NCBI GenBank assembly: GCA_035529715.1
Contig: DATKWF010000113.1
Span: 1 to 45,169 of the forward strand
Source: Dehalococcoidales bacterium
GTDB lineage: Bacteria > Chloroflexota > Dehalococcoidia > Dehalococcoidales > RBG-16-60-22
DNA length: 45,169 nucleotides
Direction of reading: 5' to 3'
The translations under genes and the position numbers were made by a program. This document shows, piece after piece, positions 17,659 through 25,684 of this stretch (its first letter is position 1; every line of letters begins with the position of its first letter). The notes below the pieces were generated by a model. It did no database searches. It was not told the origin of the DNA and saw only the letters and a program-made list of their open reading frames with translations.

Positions 17659-18618
17659 GTGAAAGTATATCTGGGTATTGATGTTGGTTCGGTAACTACC
17701 AAGTTTGTGGTGCTTGGTGAGGGTGATGAGCTGATTGCCAAGCTCTATCTGCCGACTCATGGTCAGCCCGTTGGCATGGTGCAGCAGGGACTGAAGCAGC
17801 TCAGGCGGCAACTTCCTGAGGATGTTGAGATTTGCGGTGTGGCTACCACCGGTAGCGCCCGCTACCTGGCTGGAGTTATCGTTGGTGCTGATTTAGTCAA
17901 AAATGAGATTACCTGTAACGCACTGGCGGCACTGCACTACATTCCTGAGGTGCAGACTGTCATTGAAATTGGCGGACAGGACAGCAAGATTATCATTATC
18001 AGAAACGGAATGGTAACTGACTTCGGTATGAATACCATCTGTGCGGCTGGCACCGGCAGCTTCCTGGACCACCAGTCGGCGCGTCTCAATATGAGCCGGG
18101 AAGAATTTGCTCAGCGGGCGCTGGATAGTGACACGCCAGTCCGCATTGCCGGGCGCTGTACTGTTTTTGCCGAGTCGGACATGATTCACAAACAACAGAC
18201 GGGACACCGAGTTGAAAATATTATCTATGGGCTATGTCAGGCGTTAGTTCGCAACTATATCAGTAGCGTTGGCACCGGCAAGGATATTCAGTTGCCAATA
18301 GTATTCCATGGTGGAGTCGCCTTTAACCGCGGTATAGTGAAGGCACTCCAGGAGGAGCTTGATACCGAAGTCATTGTCCCCCGAAACCACGAGGTCATGG
18401 GAGCAATTGGCGCTGCCCTGCTGGTGCATGAGGAGATGGTAAGCAGTGATAATATCAGCCGGTTCGCTGGATTCGGCATAAGTGATGTAAAATATCATGT
18501 CTCTTCATTTGAATGTAAATCCTGTCCCAGCTTATGTGAGATAGACCAGCTTTTGATAAATGACACGGTGCTTGCCCGGTGGGGTGGGCACTGTGACGTG
18601 TGGGAGGAATCCCGTTAG
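17659..18618 (+). CDS. BcrA/BadF/HgdC-type ATPase (CoA-substrate-specific enzyme activase-like)
   Basis: Acetate/sugar-kinase fold N-terminus (YLGIDVGSVTTK). It carries the two cluster-ligand contexts known from HgdC-type activators (NTICAAGTGSFLD and AGRCTVFAESD). GTG at 17659 lies 4 nt after GGAGG, with TTG at 17656 as the alternative. Confidence 0.75.
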   Translation: MKVYLGIDVGSVTTKFVVLGEGDELIAKLYLPTHGQPVGMVQQGLKQLRRQLPEDVEICGVATTGSARYLAGVIVGADLVKNEITCNALAALHYIPEVQTVIEIGGQDSKIIIIRNGMVTDFGMNTICAAGTGSFLDHQSARLNMSREEFAQRALDSDTPVRIAGRCTVFAESDMIHKQQTGHRVENIIYGLCQALVRNYISSVGTGKDIQLPIVFHGGVAFNRGIVKALQEELDTEVIVPRNHEVMGAIGAALLVHEEMVSSDNISRFAGFGISDVKYHVSSFECKSCPSLCEIDQLLINDTVLARWGGHCDVWEESR

Positions 18619-18643
18619 CCGGTAATCATAAATTAGGGAGTTG

Positions 18644-19642
18644 ATGGTGATTGCTGTTGATGCCGTCGGTGGCGACTATGCCCCTCATGAAATAGTGAAG
18701 GGAGCGGTGAAAGCGGCGCAGGAATATGGTGTGGAGATTGGTCTGGTGGGCCGGAGAAGCATGCTTCATGTGCTGATGGGTCGTCAACTGGATAAAGCTG
18801 GCTTGACTATTATAGATGCTAGCCAGACCATTGACCCCCATGAGTCGCCAATGAAGGCGATTCGCAGCAAACCGGACTCATCAATAGTAGTTGGGGTTAA
18901 CCTGGTGCAGGAAGGCAGTGCTTCTGCCTTTGTGTCTGCCGGTAATACCGGGGCGGTGCTGGGTGCAGCACTGCTCAGTTTAGGTAAGGTGGAAGGCATT
19001 GAAAGGCCGGCAATAGGTTGTATCTTTAACATTATCCCATCTAACCCGGTCATTCTTATTGATGCTGGTGCCAATGTTGAGTGCCGACCAAGCCATCTGG
19101 TTCAGTTTGCCCAGATGGGTGCTCTCTACAGCCAGCATGTGCTCGGCATCAGTATGCCTCGGGTTGCCCTGCTCAGCAACGGTGCTGAGGAAGGCAAAGG
19201 GAGTCGCCTGGTTCAGGAAAGTTACCAGCTTCTTAAGAAGACAGCTAATATAAATTTTACTGGCAGTGTGGAAGGTCAGGACATATTTAAGGTGACCGCT
19301 GATGTCATTGTTACCGATGGCTTCACCGGGAATATAGTGCTCAAGACAATTGAGGGGCTAAGTGAAACTTTCCTGAGTTCAGCCAAGCAAGCCGGGCACA
19401 TCTTTTCCAGTGCCTATCGCCTCCGTGCCCGCGACCTGCTTCGCGATATGGGGTTGGGTGCCTGGATTCAGAGAATGGATTTCAGGGAATACGGTGGAGC
19501 ATGTCTTCTCGGGGTAAACGGGAATGTTGTCATTTCTCACGGTCGAAGTCAGGCTAAGGCAATTAAAAATGCCATTGGCCTGGCCAGGCAAATGGCAGAA
19601 CGAAATATCTCACAGATAATTAAGGAGGAAATCCATGGGTAA
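18644..19642 (+). CDS. plsX: Phosphate acyltransferase PlsX
   Basis: N-terminus MVIAVDAVGGDYAP, plus SAGNTGA and TDGFTGNIVLK motifs. ATG at 18644 is preferred; TTG at 18641 and GTG at 18647 are also in frame. Confidence 0.9.
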   Translation: MVIAVDAVGGDYAPHEIVKGAVKAAQEYGVEIGLVGRRSMLHVLMGRQLDKAGLTIIDASQTIDPHESPMKAIRSKPDSSIVVGVNLVQEGSASAFVSAGNTGAVLGAALLSLGKVEGIERPAIGCIFNIIPSNPVILIDAGANVECRPSHLVQFAQMGALYSQHVLGISMPRVALLSNGAEEGKGSRLVQESYQLLKKTANINFTGSVEGQDIFKVTADVIVTDGFTGNIVLKTIEGLSETFLSSAKQAGHIFSSAYRLRARDLLRDMGLGAWIQRMDFREYGGACLLGVNGNVVISHGRSQAKAIKNAIGLARQMAERNISQIIKEEIHG

Positions 19643-19961
19643 ACCAATTGCGGTTGATGGCAGTAACTTTGACCAAATCGTGCTACAGGCAGAGACGCCG
19701 GTACTGGTTGATTTCTGGGCGGATTGGTGCGGACCGTGCCGCATGGTGGCGCCAGTAGTAGATGAACTGGCGGAAGAATATGAAGGCAGGGTAACCTTTG
19801 CCAAGGTGGATGTTGACCAGAATCCAAAGACGGCCAGCAAGTATGGTATAATGAGCATTCCCACTCTGCTTGTTTTCAATAACGGGAGTCCCATCACCAA
19901 CATAATTGGTTTTAGACCTAAGGCTGAACTGAAGAAAAGTTTGGATGCTGTCCTTGAATAA
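19635..19961 (+). CDS. trxA: Thioredoxin
   Basis: WADWCGPCR active site in a 108-aa product. AAGGAGG lies upstream. The start overlaps the plsX stop by 8 nt. Confidence 0.92.
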   Translation: MGKPIAVDGSNFDQIVLQAETPVLVDFWADWCGPCRMVAPVVDELAEEYEGRVTFAKVDVDQNPKTASKYGIMSIPTLLVFNNGSPITNIIGFRPKAELKKSLDAVLE

Positions 19962-20280
19962 ACAGGATATTAAAATCGCTATTGTGGATGATAGCCAGGT
20001 TGAGAAGTGTGATGCCGGCTGTGGGGTAAACTGGGCTTCAGCCGAGGCGGTTACTCTGGCTGGCCAGAGGATTAGAGACAGGTTTGGCGATAAGGTAAAA
20101 CTGGACTACATTGACCTGTCCAGTCCGGCAAATAGTCACCATGCCCTGGAGTTGAAGCAGAGAATCAGGGACTTATCTTTACCAATACTGGTTATCAATG
20201 GTGAACCCCGGATTTCAGGACAGTTTGATATTCGCCTGCTACTGGATGCTATTGATGCCGAGATGGAAATGAAACTATAA
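19945..20280 (+). CDS. Small thioredoxin-fold protein, YuzD-like (DUF1462-like) candidate
   Basis: A 111-aa ORF between trxA and trxB. The layout of CDAGCG, a basic helix, LDYIDL, and LPILVINGEPRISG resembles what I remember of Bacillus YuzD. The start is uncertain, since it overlaps trxA by 17 nt. Confidence 0.5.
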   Translation: MLSLNKQDIKIAIVDDSQVEKCDAGCGVNWASAEAVTLAGQRIRDRFGDKVKLDYIDLSSPANSHHALELKQRIRDLSLPILVINGEPRISGQFDIRLLLDAIDAEMEMKL

Positions 20281-20300
20281 TCTGTAAGATAGAGGCGATA

Positions 20301-21230
20301 GTGATGGCTGATAAGCGATACGATGTGGTTATTATTGGTGGCGGTCCGGCCGGGCTCACTGCTGGGCTCTATGCCTCAAGAGCCAGGCTGAGTAGCCTGC
20401 TTATTGAAAAAATGGCAGCGGGGGGCTGGGTGGTAAATGCCGGATTGGTGGAGAACTATCCTGGCTTTCCGCAGGGAATCGGCGGTCTGGAACTGGCGGA
20501 TTTGATGAGTGAGCAGGCAAAAAAGTACGGACTGGAAGTGCTGCTGGCTGAGGTTACCGGTCTTGAGCTTGAAGAAGGGCAGAAGATAGTCAAGACCAGC
20601 GAAGGAGATTTTGCCGCCAAAGCGGTAATTATCACTGCTGGCTCCGACAGGGTGAAATTGAATGTGCCCGGCGAAGAGGAGTTTACCGGTAGAGGAGTTG
20701 CTTATTGTGCCATCTGCGATGCGGCTTTATTCAGGGACAAGCCGGTGGCTGTGGCTGGGGGTGGCAATGCGGCGATTAGTGAAGCCCTTGAGCTCGCCAA
20801 GTTTGCTTCTAAGGTGGTGGTGATACACCGCCGCCAGCAGCTGCGGGCTGCCCGCATTTTGCAGGAGAGGGCATTTGCCGAACCAAAAATTGAGTTTTTG
20901 TGGGACACCGTCGTTGAGGAGATTGAGGGTGATAATGTAGTTAAAAGCCTCAGGCTCCGTAATGTGGTCAGCGGAGAGAAATCGGTGCTTGATATATCCG
21001 GAATCTTTGTCGCTCTGGGGTTTATACCGAATACAGCTTATCTTAAAGGGGTTTTACCTCTGGATGAGGCTGGCGCCATCATTACTAATGAGAAGATGGA
21101 GACCGGAGTGCCCGGCATTTTCGCCGCCGGCGATATACGCTCCAGCTCTATTCGTCAGGTCGTTGCTGCGGCTGGCGATGGCGCGGTTGCGGCTATCTAT
21201 GCAGAAAAGTTCATCGTCGGACAGCATTAA
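20301..21230 (+). CDS. trxB: Thioredoxin-disulfide reductase
   Basis: FAD motif VVIIGGGPAG, redox-active CAICDA, NADPH motif VAVAGGGNAA, and a C-terminal GIFAAGD. Confidence 0.92.
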   Translation: MMADKRYDVVIIGGGPAGLTAGLYASRARLSSLLIEKMAAGGWVVNAGLVENYPGFPQGIGGLELADLMSEQAKKYGLEVLLAEVTGLELEEGQKIVKTSEGDFAAKAVIITAGSDRVKLNVPGEEEFTGRGVAYCAICDAALFRDKPVAVAGGGNAAISEALELAKFASKVVVIHRRQQLRAARILQERAFAEPKIEFLWDTVVEEIEGDNVVKSLRLRNVVSGEKSVLDISGIFVALGFIPNTAYLKGVLPLDEAGAIITNEKMETGVPGIFAAGDIRSSSIRQVVAAAGDGAVAAIYAEKFIVGQH

Positions 21231-21334
21231 TTTATTTGTTAAAAATATTTTTGGTTTTTCTTTCCAAATTCTTGACCCCTCTCTTGGGGTTGGTTGTCTG
21301 GTGAAGTATAATTACTACAAAATAGGAGAAAAGA

Positions 21335-22060
21335 ATGAAGGTTGTTTTCTTGGAAGATGTGCCCAATGTGGCTGAAGCTGGTGAGATGAAAGAAGTGGCT
21401 GACGGCTATGGCCGGAACTTCCTCATTCCCAGGAAGCTGGCGGTATTAGCCGATGCGCGCGCGGCTGGCATATTGGAGGCGCAGCTTAAAAAGAGGGCTC
21501 GTCTTCAGGCTGAAACTGAAGCCGAGATGAGGGAACTGGCCGGTCAGCTGGAAGGCAGGGAAGTTATCCTGAAAGCCCGGAGCGGGGCTAAGGGTCAGCT
21601 CTACGGTTCAATTACCAATGCCGATATTGCTGATGAACTGGAAAAGAGTGCCGGTGTGGTTGTTGATAAGAAGAAGATTGAGTTGACTGAGCCGGTACGT
21701 AAGGTCGGCAGCTATGATATAGACATCAGGCTGAGTGGGAATATAATACCCAAGATAAAACTTACCATAGTTGAGGAAGAGGAGAAGAAGGAAGAAGGGA
21801 AGGAAAAGAAGGAAAAGAAGGAGAGCAAGGTGGGGGAAACTAAAGAGAAGGTGACGGAGGAGAAAGAGGAAGCGAAGAAGGAAGAAGGAAAGGAAAAGAA
21901 GGAGAGCAAGGCGAAGAAGGCTAAAGAGAAGGTGACGGAGAAGAAAGAGGAAGCGAAGAAGGAAGAAGGGAAGGAAAAGAAGGAGAGCAAGGCAAAGAAG
22001 GCTAAAGAGAAAGTGACGGAGAAGAAAAAGGAAGCGGAGGGAAAAGAGGAGACAGCCTAG
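21335..22060 (+). CDS. rplI: 50S ribosomal protein L9 with a ~90-aa Lys/Glu-rich repeat C-terminal extension
   Basis: The N-terminus MKVVFLEDVPNVAEAGEMKEVADGYGRNFLIPRKLA is classic L9. The canonical L9 length is reached near ...KIKLTIVEEEE. It is then followed by KE-rich repeats. AGGAGA lies upstream, and dnaB lies downstream as in many genomes. Confidence 0.9.
   Translation: MKVVFLEDVPNVAEAGEMKEVADGYGRNFLIPRKLAVLADARAAGILEAQLKKRARLQAETEAEMRELAGQLEGREVILKARSGAKGQLYGSITNADIADELEKSAGVVVDKKKIELTEPVRKVGSYDIDIRLSGNIIPKIKLTIVEEEEKKEEGKEKKEKKESKVGETKEKVTEEKEEAKKEEGKEKKESKAKKAKEKVTEKKEEAKKEEGKEKKESKAKKAKEKVTEKKKEAEGKEETA
21788..22040 (+). repeat. In-frame 81-bp tandem repeat, about 3 copies (one degenerate, two near-identical, one partial)
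   Basis: The unit GAAGCGAAGAAGGAAGAAGG.AAGGAAAAGAAGGAGAGCAAGGC.AAGAAGGCTAAAGAGAA.GTGACGGAGAAGAAAGAG begins at 21869 and again at 21950, then at 22031 (partial). A diverged copy starts at about 21788. It encodes KKEEGKEKKESKAKKAKEKVTEKKEEA. Confidence 0.85.
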
Positions 22061-22061
22061 G

Positions 22062-23468
22062 GTGTATAACGAAAAGTTGCCGCCGCATGACCTTGATGCC
22101 GAGGAAGCCGTAATTGGCTCACTACTGATAGATGGCACCGCAATATACAAGTCCGCCGTCTTTCTAAAGTCGGCGGACTTCTATCATGAGCAAAACCGGT
22201 GGCTGTACGGGGCATGCCTGTCGCTCTACCAGCGCAGTGAGGCGATAAACCAGATTACGGTAGCTCAAGAGCTGGCGAGAGAGGGGAAGCTGGAAGCCTG
22301 TGGCGGTGCCGCCTACCTGAGTCACCTGATATCTATATGTCCTACTTCTCTTGATATTGAGCACTACGCTCAGATTGTTTACCGCCTGTCGGTAATGCGC
22401 GGACTAATTAGCGCTGCCGGCCAGATTGCGAACATTGGCTATGAGTCTGGCCCAGACGTTGAAGCCAGCCTTGGTCGGGCAGAGGATGCCCTGTTTAAGT
22501 TGCGTCGGGGACAGGGTGACCGCGATTTGACGCATATTCGCAAGGTGCTGGACAAGTACTTTGAAGTGGTTCCGGCATCACTGGAAGCACGTCCTGAGGC
22601 GTTGCCCTACGTGTCCTCGGGTTATGCCGGGCTGGATGAGTTTCTGGGCGGATTTCAGCGTTCTGACCTGATTATTGTTGGTGGCAGGCCCAGCATGGGT
22701 AAGACAAGCCTGGCGCTTAACATTGCCCGGAATGCAGCTGTGGAGCAGAAGGCATGCGTGGCTCTGTTCAGTGTGGAGATGGCACGGGATTCGCTGGTCT
22801 TGCGACTGCTGTCTGGTGAATCCGGGGTCAATTCACGAAGGGTCCGTCTGCATACCGAATATGACACAAAGAGGGAAGATGATAGCCGATGGGAGGATGA
22901 GGAAAGGCGGGTTATGGAGGCTACCGGTGTCCTTTCAGAGACCTCAATTTATGTTGATGATACCCCTATGCTCCGTATGGGAGAGATGCGTGGTAAAGCC
23001 CTAAGGCTGAACTTTGAGCGTGATATAGACCTCATTATCGTTGATTACCTGCAGTTGATGCAGGGAGACAGAAGGGTGGACAACCGGGTTCAGGAGGTCA
23101 GTGAGCTCTCTCGTTCTCTCAAGGGACTTGCCCGTGAGCTTAATGTACCGGTGCTGGCGGTATCACAACTCAGCCGCGCCCCGGAGGGACGTGCGTCACA
23201 TGAACCCCAGCTTTCCGACCTGCGTGAAAGCGGTAGTATTGAGCAGGATGCTGATGTTGTTCTGTTTATCTATCGTGAAGAGTATTATTCCCCTAATGAG
23301 ACTGAATGGGAGAACCTGCAGCATGCCGGCAGGGAATATCCAAGAGAGCAAGCTGATATCATAATTGCCAAGCACCGCAATGGCCCCACCGGCCGGATAA
23401 AATTGCGCTTCCGGCATGACCTTGCCCGATTTGAAAACATTAGCAGTGGAGAGCCGAGTCTATTATAA
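22062..23468 (+). CDS. dnaB: Replicative DNA helicase DnaB
   Basis: N-terminus PPHDLDAEEAVIGSLL, Walker A GGRPSMGKTS, Walker B LIIVDYLQLM, and SQLSRAPE. It follows rplI. Confidence 0.93.
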   Translation: MYNEKLPPHDLDAEEAVIGSLLIDGTAIYKSAVFLKSADFYHEQNRWLYGACLSLYQRSEAINQITVAQELAREGKLEACGGAAYLSHLISICPTSLDIEHYAQIVYRLSVMRGLISAAGQIANIGYESGPDVEASLGRAEDALFKLRRGQGDRDLTHIRKVLDKYFEVVPASLEARPEALPYVSSGYAGLDEFLGGFQRSDLIIVGGRPSMGKTSLALNIARNAAVEQKACVALFSVEMARDSLVLRLLSGESGVNSRRVRLHTEYDTKREDDSRWEDEERRVMEATGVLSETSIYVDDTPMLRMGEMRGKALRLNFERDIDLIIVDYLQLMQGDRRVDNRVQEVSELSRSLKGLARELNVPVLAVSQLSRAPEGRASHEPQLSDLRESGSIEQDADVVLFIYREEYYSPNETEWENLQHAGREYPREQADIIIAKHRNGPTGRIKLRFRHDLARFENISSGEPSLL

Positions 23469-23542
23469 AGTATTTATACTCCGATTAGAGTTTACATAAC
23501 TGGGCTAGAAAGTATTAGAAAGTACTGAGAGCTAAGTTTACT

Positions 23543-24253
23543 ATGGAGCAGTTTAAGGGTTTTCCAGCCAGGATGGATTTTACTTCCATACCCAACCTTT
23601 TCTTCAGTTCGTTGCTGCCCCAGATTGACGACATGGCTGAGTTAAAGACCACCCTGAACATAATGGCGACACTTTACCGTAAGCGGGGCTATCCCCGCTT
23701 TGTTACTTATAATGAGCTGCTGGGGAAAGCCAGCCTGATGAACAGCTTGAAGGGGATGGATAAGCCGCCGGATGAGGTATTGCGTGGCGCTTTAGAGATG
23801 GCTGCCCGGCGGGGGACTGTTATCCATGTGGCATTGGATAGAGACGGAGTTCCCGAAGATATCTATTTTCTCAATACTGATTCTGACAGGCAGATTGCAG
23901 GTAAGGTTCAAAACGGAGAGCTAAAGTTAAGCGGTCTGAAAGCTAAAAAGCAAACGTATGTTGAGACAGAGGAGCAACCCGATATTTTTACCCTTTATGA
24001 GCAGAACATCGGGATGCTGACTCCTATGATTGCCGAGGAACTGCGTGAGGCAGAGAAGCTCTACCCTGAAGCCTGGATTAGGGATGCCATTAAAGAGGCG
24101 GTTGCTCTCAATAAGAGAAACATCAGGTATATTGTCCGGATCCTGGAGCGCTGGTCAGCGGAAGGTAAATTTGATGGAACATATCGGCGATATTCTAAGA
24201 CAGACCCAGATAAATACATCAAAGGCAGATACGGACATATCGTCCGGCGCTGA
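23543..24253 (+). CDS. DnaD-domain replication protein (DnaD/DnaB-type helicase-loading accessory, replisome-organiser-like)
   Basis: The C-terminal region YEQNIGMLTPMIAEELREAEKLYPEAWIRDAIKEAVALNKRNIRYIVRILERW matches the DnaD-domain pattern. The gene sits between dnaB and a DnaC-like gene. Confidence 0.7.
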   Translation: MEQFKGFPARMDFTSIPNLFFSSLLPQIDDMAELKTTLNIMATLYRKRGYPRFVTYNELLGKASLMNSLKGMDKPPDEVLRGALEMAARRGTVIHVALDRDGVPEDIYFLNTDSDRQIAGKVQNGELKLSGLKAKKQTYVETEEQPDIFTLYEQNIGMLTPMIAEELREAEKLYPEAWIRDAIKEAVALNKRNIRYIVRILERWSAEGKFDGTYRRYSKTDPDKYIKGRYGHIVRR

Positions 24254-25577
24254 GGAAGAGCCCTCACCGGGGGCAAACTGCCCGATTTGCAAAGGAGCGG
24301 GGGTTGTTCATCCGCTTTTGCCTTCGGGTAAACCGGATTTTAGTCGGGTGGTTACCTGCCGCTGTGTCCAGAAGGAATTGAAAAAGGAGCAGCAAGCCCG
24401 CCTGCAGCGATATAGCAACCTCGGTGTGCTGACTCGCCTCACCTTTGATAATTTGCTTCCCAAGGGGAGGAGTGGTAACCCCGTTAGTCAGGAGCAGTTT
24501 AGTCGTGCTTATGAGGCGGCCAGGGCTTTTGCCGCCGAACCTCAAGGGTGGTTCGTCCTGAGCGGTCCCAGTGGCTGTGGCAAGACACACCTGGCAGTAG
24601 CCATCGCCAGTGAGCGCCTCAGCCATGGTTACCCGGCTTTTTACATTACCGTGCCTGACCTTCTGGACCACCTGCGTTCCGCTTACAGTCCGGGGAGCGA
24701 GATGCCGTATGATGAGTTCTTTGACCAGGTGCGCAATGCGCCGTTACTGGTCCTGGACGATTTGGGCGCCCAGACCAGCACGCCCTGGGCCAAGGAAAAA
24801 CTTGACCAGTTGCTCACTTACCGCTTTAATCGCGAACTGCCCACGGTGATTGTTACCATCGTTCCTTTTGACCGCCTGGAGGAAAGGCTTTATAGTCGTC
24901 TGACCGACCCCCAGCTGAGCCAGGTCTACGGGCTTGAGGAAAAACCTTCGGCAGCAGGCTATAGCGGTGGTCTTGAGCTGGCACTGCTGAAGAGCATGAC
25001 CTTTGAGAAGTTTGATTATAAGCGGGCTAACCTGCCACCGGAACAGCGTGAGAATCTGGAGCGTGTCTTTCGCGAGGCGCTTAACTTTGCTCAATCAGCT
25101 GAAGGCTGGCTGGTATTAATGGGAGCTACTGGCTGTGGTAAGACTCACCTGGCGGCGGCTATCGCCAATTATCGCCAGCAAAATGGGAACCCAGCCTTAT
25201 TCGTCGTCGTACCTGAGTTTCTTGACCATCTGCGCTCTGCCTTCAATCCGGAGAGTCGGGTATCCTATGACCAGCTCTTTGAAAGTGCCAAAAAAGCCCC
25301 GTTACTTATCCTGGATGACTTCGGTGAACAGTCAACCACTCCCTGGGCACAGGAAAAGCTCTACCAGGTAATTAACTATCGCTATAATGCCCGACTGTCA
25401 ACTGTGATTACCACTACCTGCTCACTGGATGAAATGGAGAGTCCTATTACCTCTCGGTTATCCGACCCCCGTCTCAGTCTGGTGCTTAATATAATGGCAC
25501 CTGACTACCGGACTGATGTGAACTCGGGACGGAAGAGAGTGCCCCGGGGAGACAAGAGAGGGCGCGGGGCCAGATAG
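24174..25577 (+). CDS. Tandem double DnaC/IstB-like AAA+ protein with an N-terminal CxxCxGxG zinc motif (putative helicase loader)
   Basis: It contains two paralogous ATPase modules (GWFVLSGPSGCGKTHLAVAIA ... LLVLDDLG, and GWLVLMGATGCGKTHLAAAIA ... LLILDDFG). N-terminal motif is CPICKGAGVV...CRCV. ATG at 24174 is the closest canonical start upstream of the zinc motif, and it overlaps the DnaD-like gene by 80 nt. Confidence 0.75.
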   Translation: MEHIGDILRQTQINTSKADTDISSGAEEEPSPGANCPICKGAGVVHPLLPSGKPDFSRVVTCRCVQKELKKEQQARLQRYSNLGVLTRLTFDNLLPKGRSGNPVSQEQFSRAYEAARAFAAEPQGWFVLSGPSGCGKTHLAVAIASERLSHGYPAFYITVPDLLDHLRSAYSPGSEMPYDEFFDQVRNAPLLVLDDLGAQTSTPWAKEKLDQLLTYRFNRELPTVIVTIVPFDRLEERLYSRLTDPQLSQVYGLEEKPSAAGYSGGLELALLKSMTFEKFDYKRANLPPEQRENLERVFREALNFAQSAEGWLVLMGATGCGKTHLAAAIANYRQQNGNPALFVVVPEFLDHLRSAFNPESRVSYDQLFESAKKAPLLILDDFGEQSTTPWAQEKLYQVINYRYNARLSTVITTTCSLDEMESPITSRLSDPRLSLVLNIMAPDYRTDVNSGRKRVPRGDKRGRGAR

Positions 25578-25610
25578 TATCTCCTAAGTTAGGAGCTTCT
25601 CTACGAAGAA

Positions 25611-25630
25611 GGGCAACCGTATGGTTGCCC
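25611..25630. terminator. Hairpin terminator between the convergent DnaC-like and plsY genes
   Basis: GGGCAACC-gtat-GGTTGCCC is an 8-bp GC-rich stem followed by TTTAATATTT. Confidence 0.6.
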
Positions 25631-25684
25631 TTTAATATTTCTTAACAGTCCACATCAACTTAGCGCCTGAGGAAGCATTTTCTG

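Noticed and set aside
20962-21375. A 137-aa plus-strand ORF bridging the trxB 3' end and the rplI start
   Set aside because: It is out of frame within trxB, runs through the AT-rich trxB-rplI spacer and promoter region, and has no SD or recognisable domain.
21788-22040. Regularly spaced repeats that might suggest a CRISPR-like array
   Set aside because: The 81-bp units are contiguous with no unique spacers. They are purine-rich, in frame with rplI, and encode a KE-rich peptide. This is a coding tandem repeat, not a CRISPR array.
21608-22150. 180-aa and 92-aa minus-strand ORFs opposite the rplI tail and the dnaB start
   Set aside because: They are the low-complexity Leu/Phe/Ser mirror image of the GAA/AAG-rich L9 repeat. 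They have no SD and are entirely antisense to well-supported genes.
24030-24173. The 48-codon N-terminal extension of the DnaC-like ORF as listed in the track
   Set aside because: It lies entirely within the conserved DnaD-domain coding region in another frame, and its product is Arg/Ser-rich with no recognisable features. ATG 24174 is the more plausible start. The open frame itself is noted as a finding.
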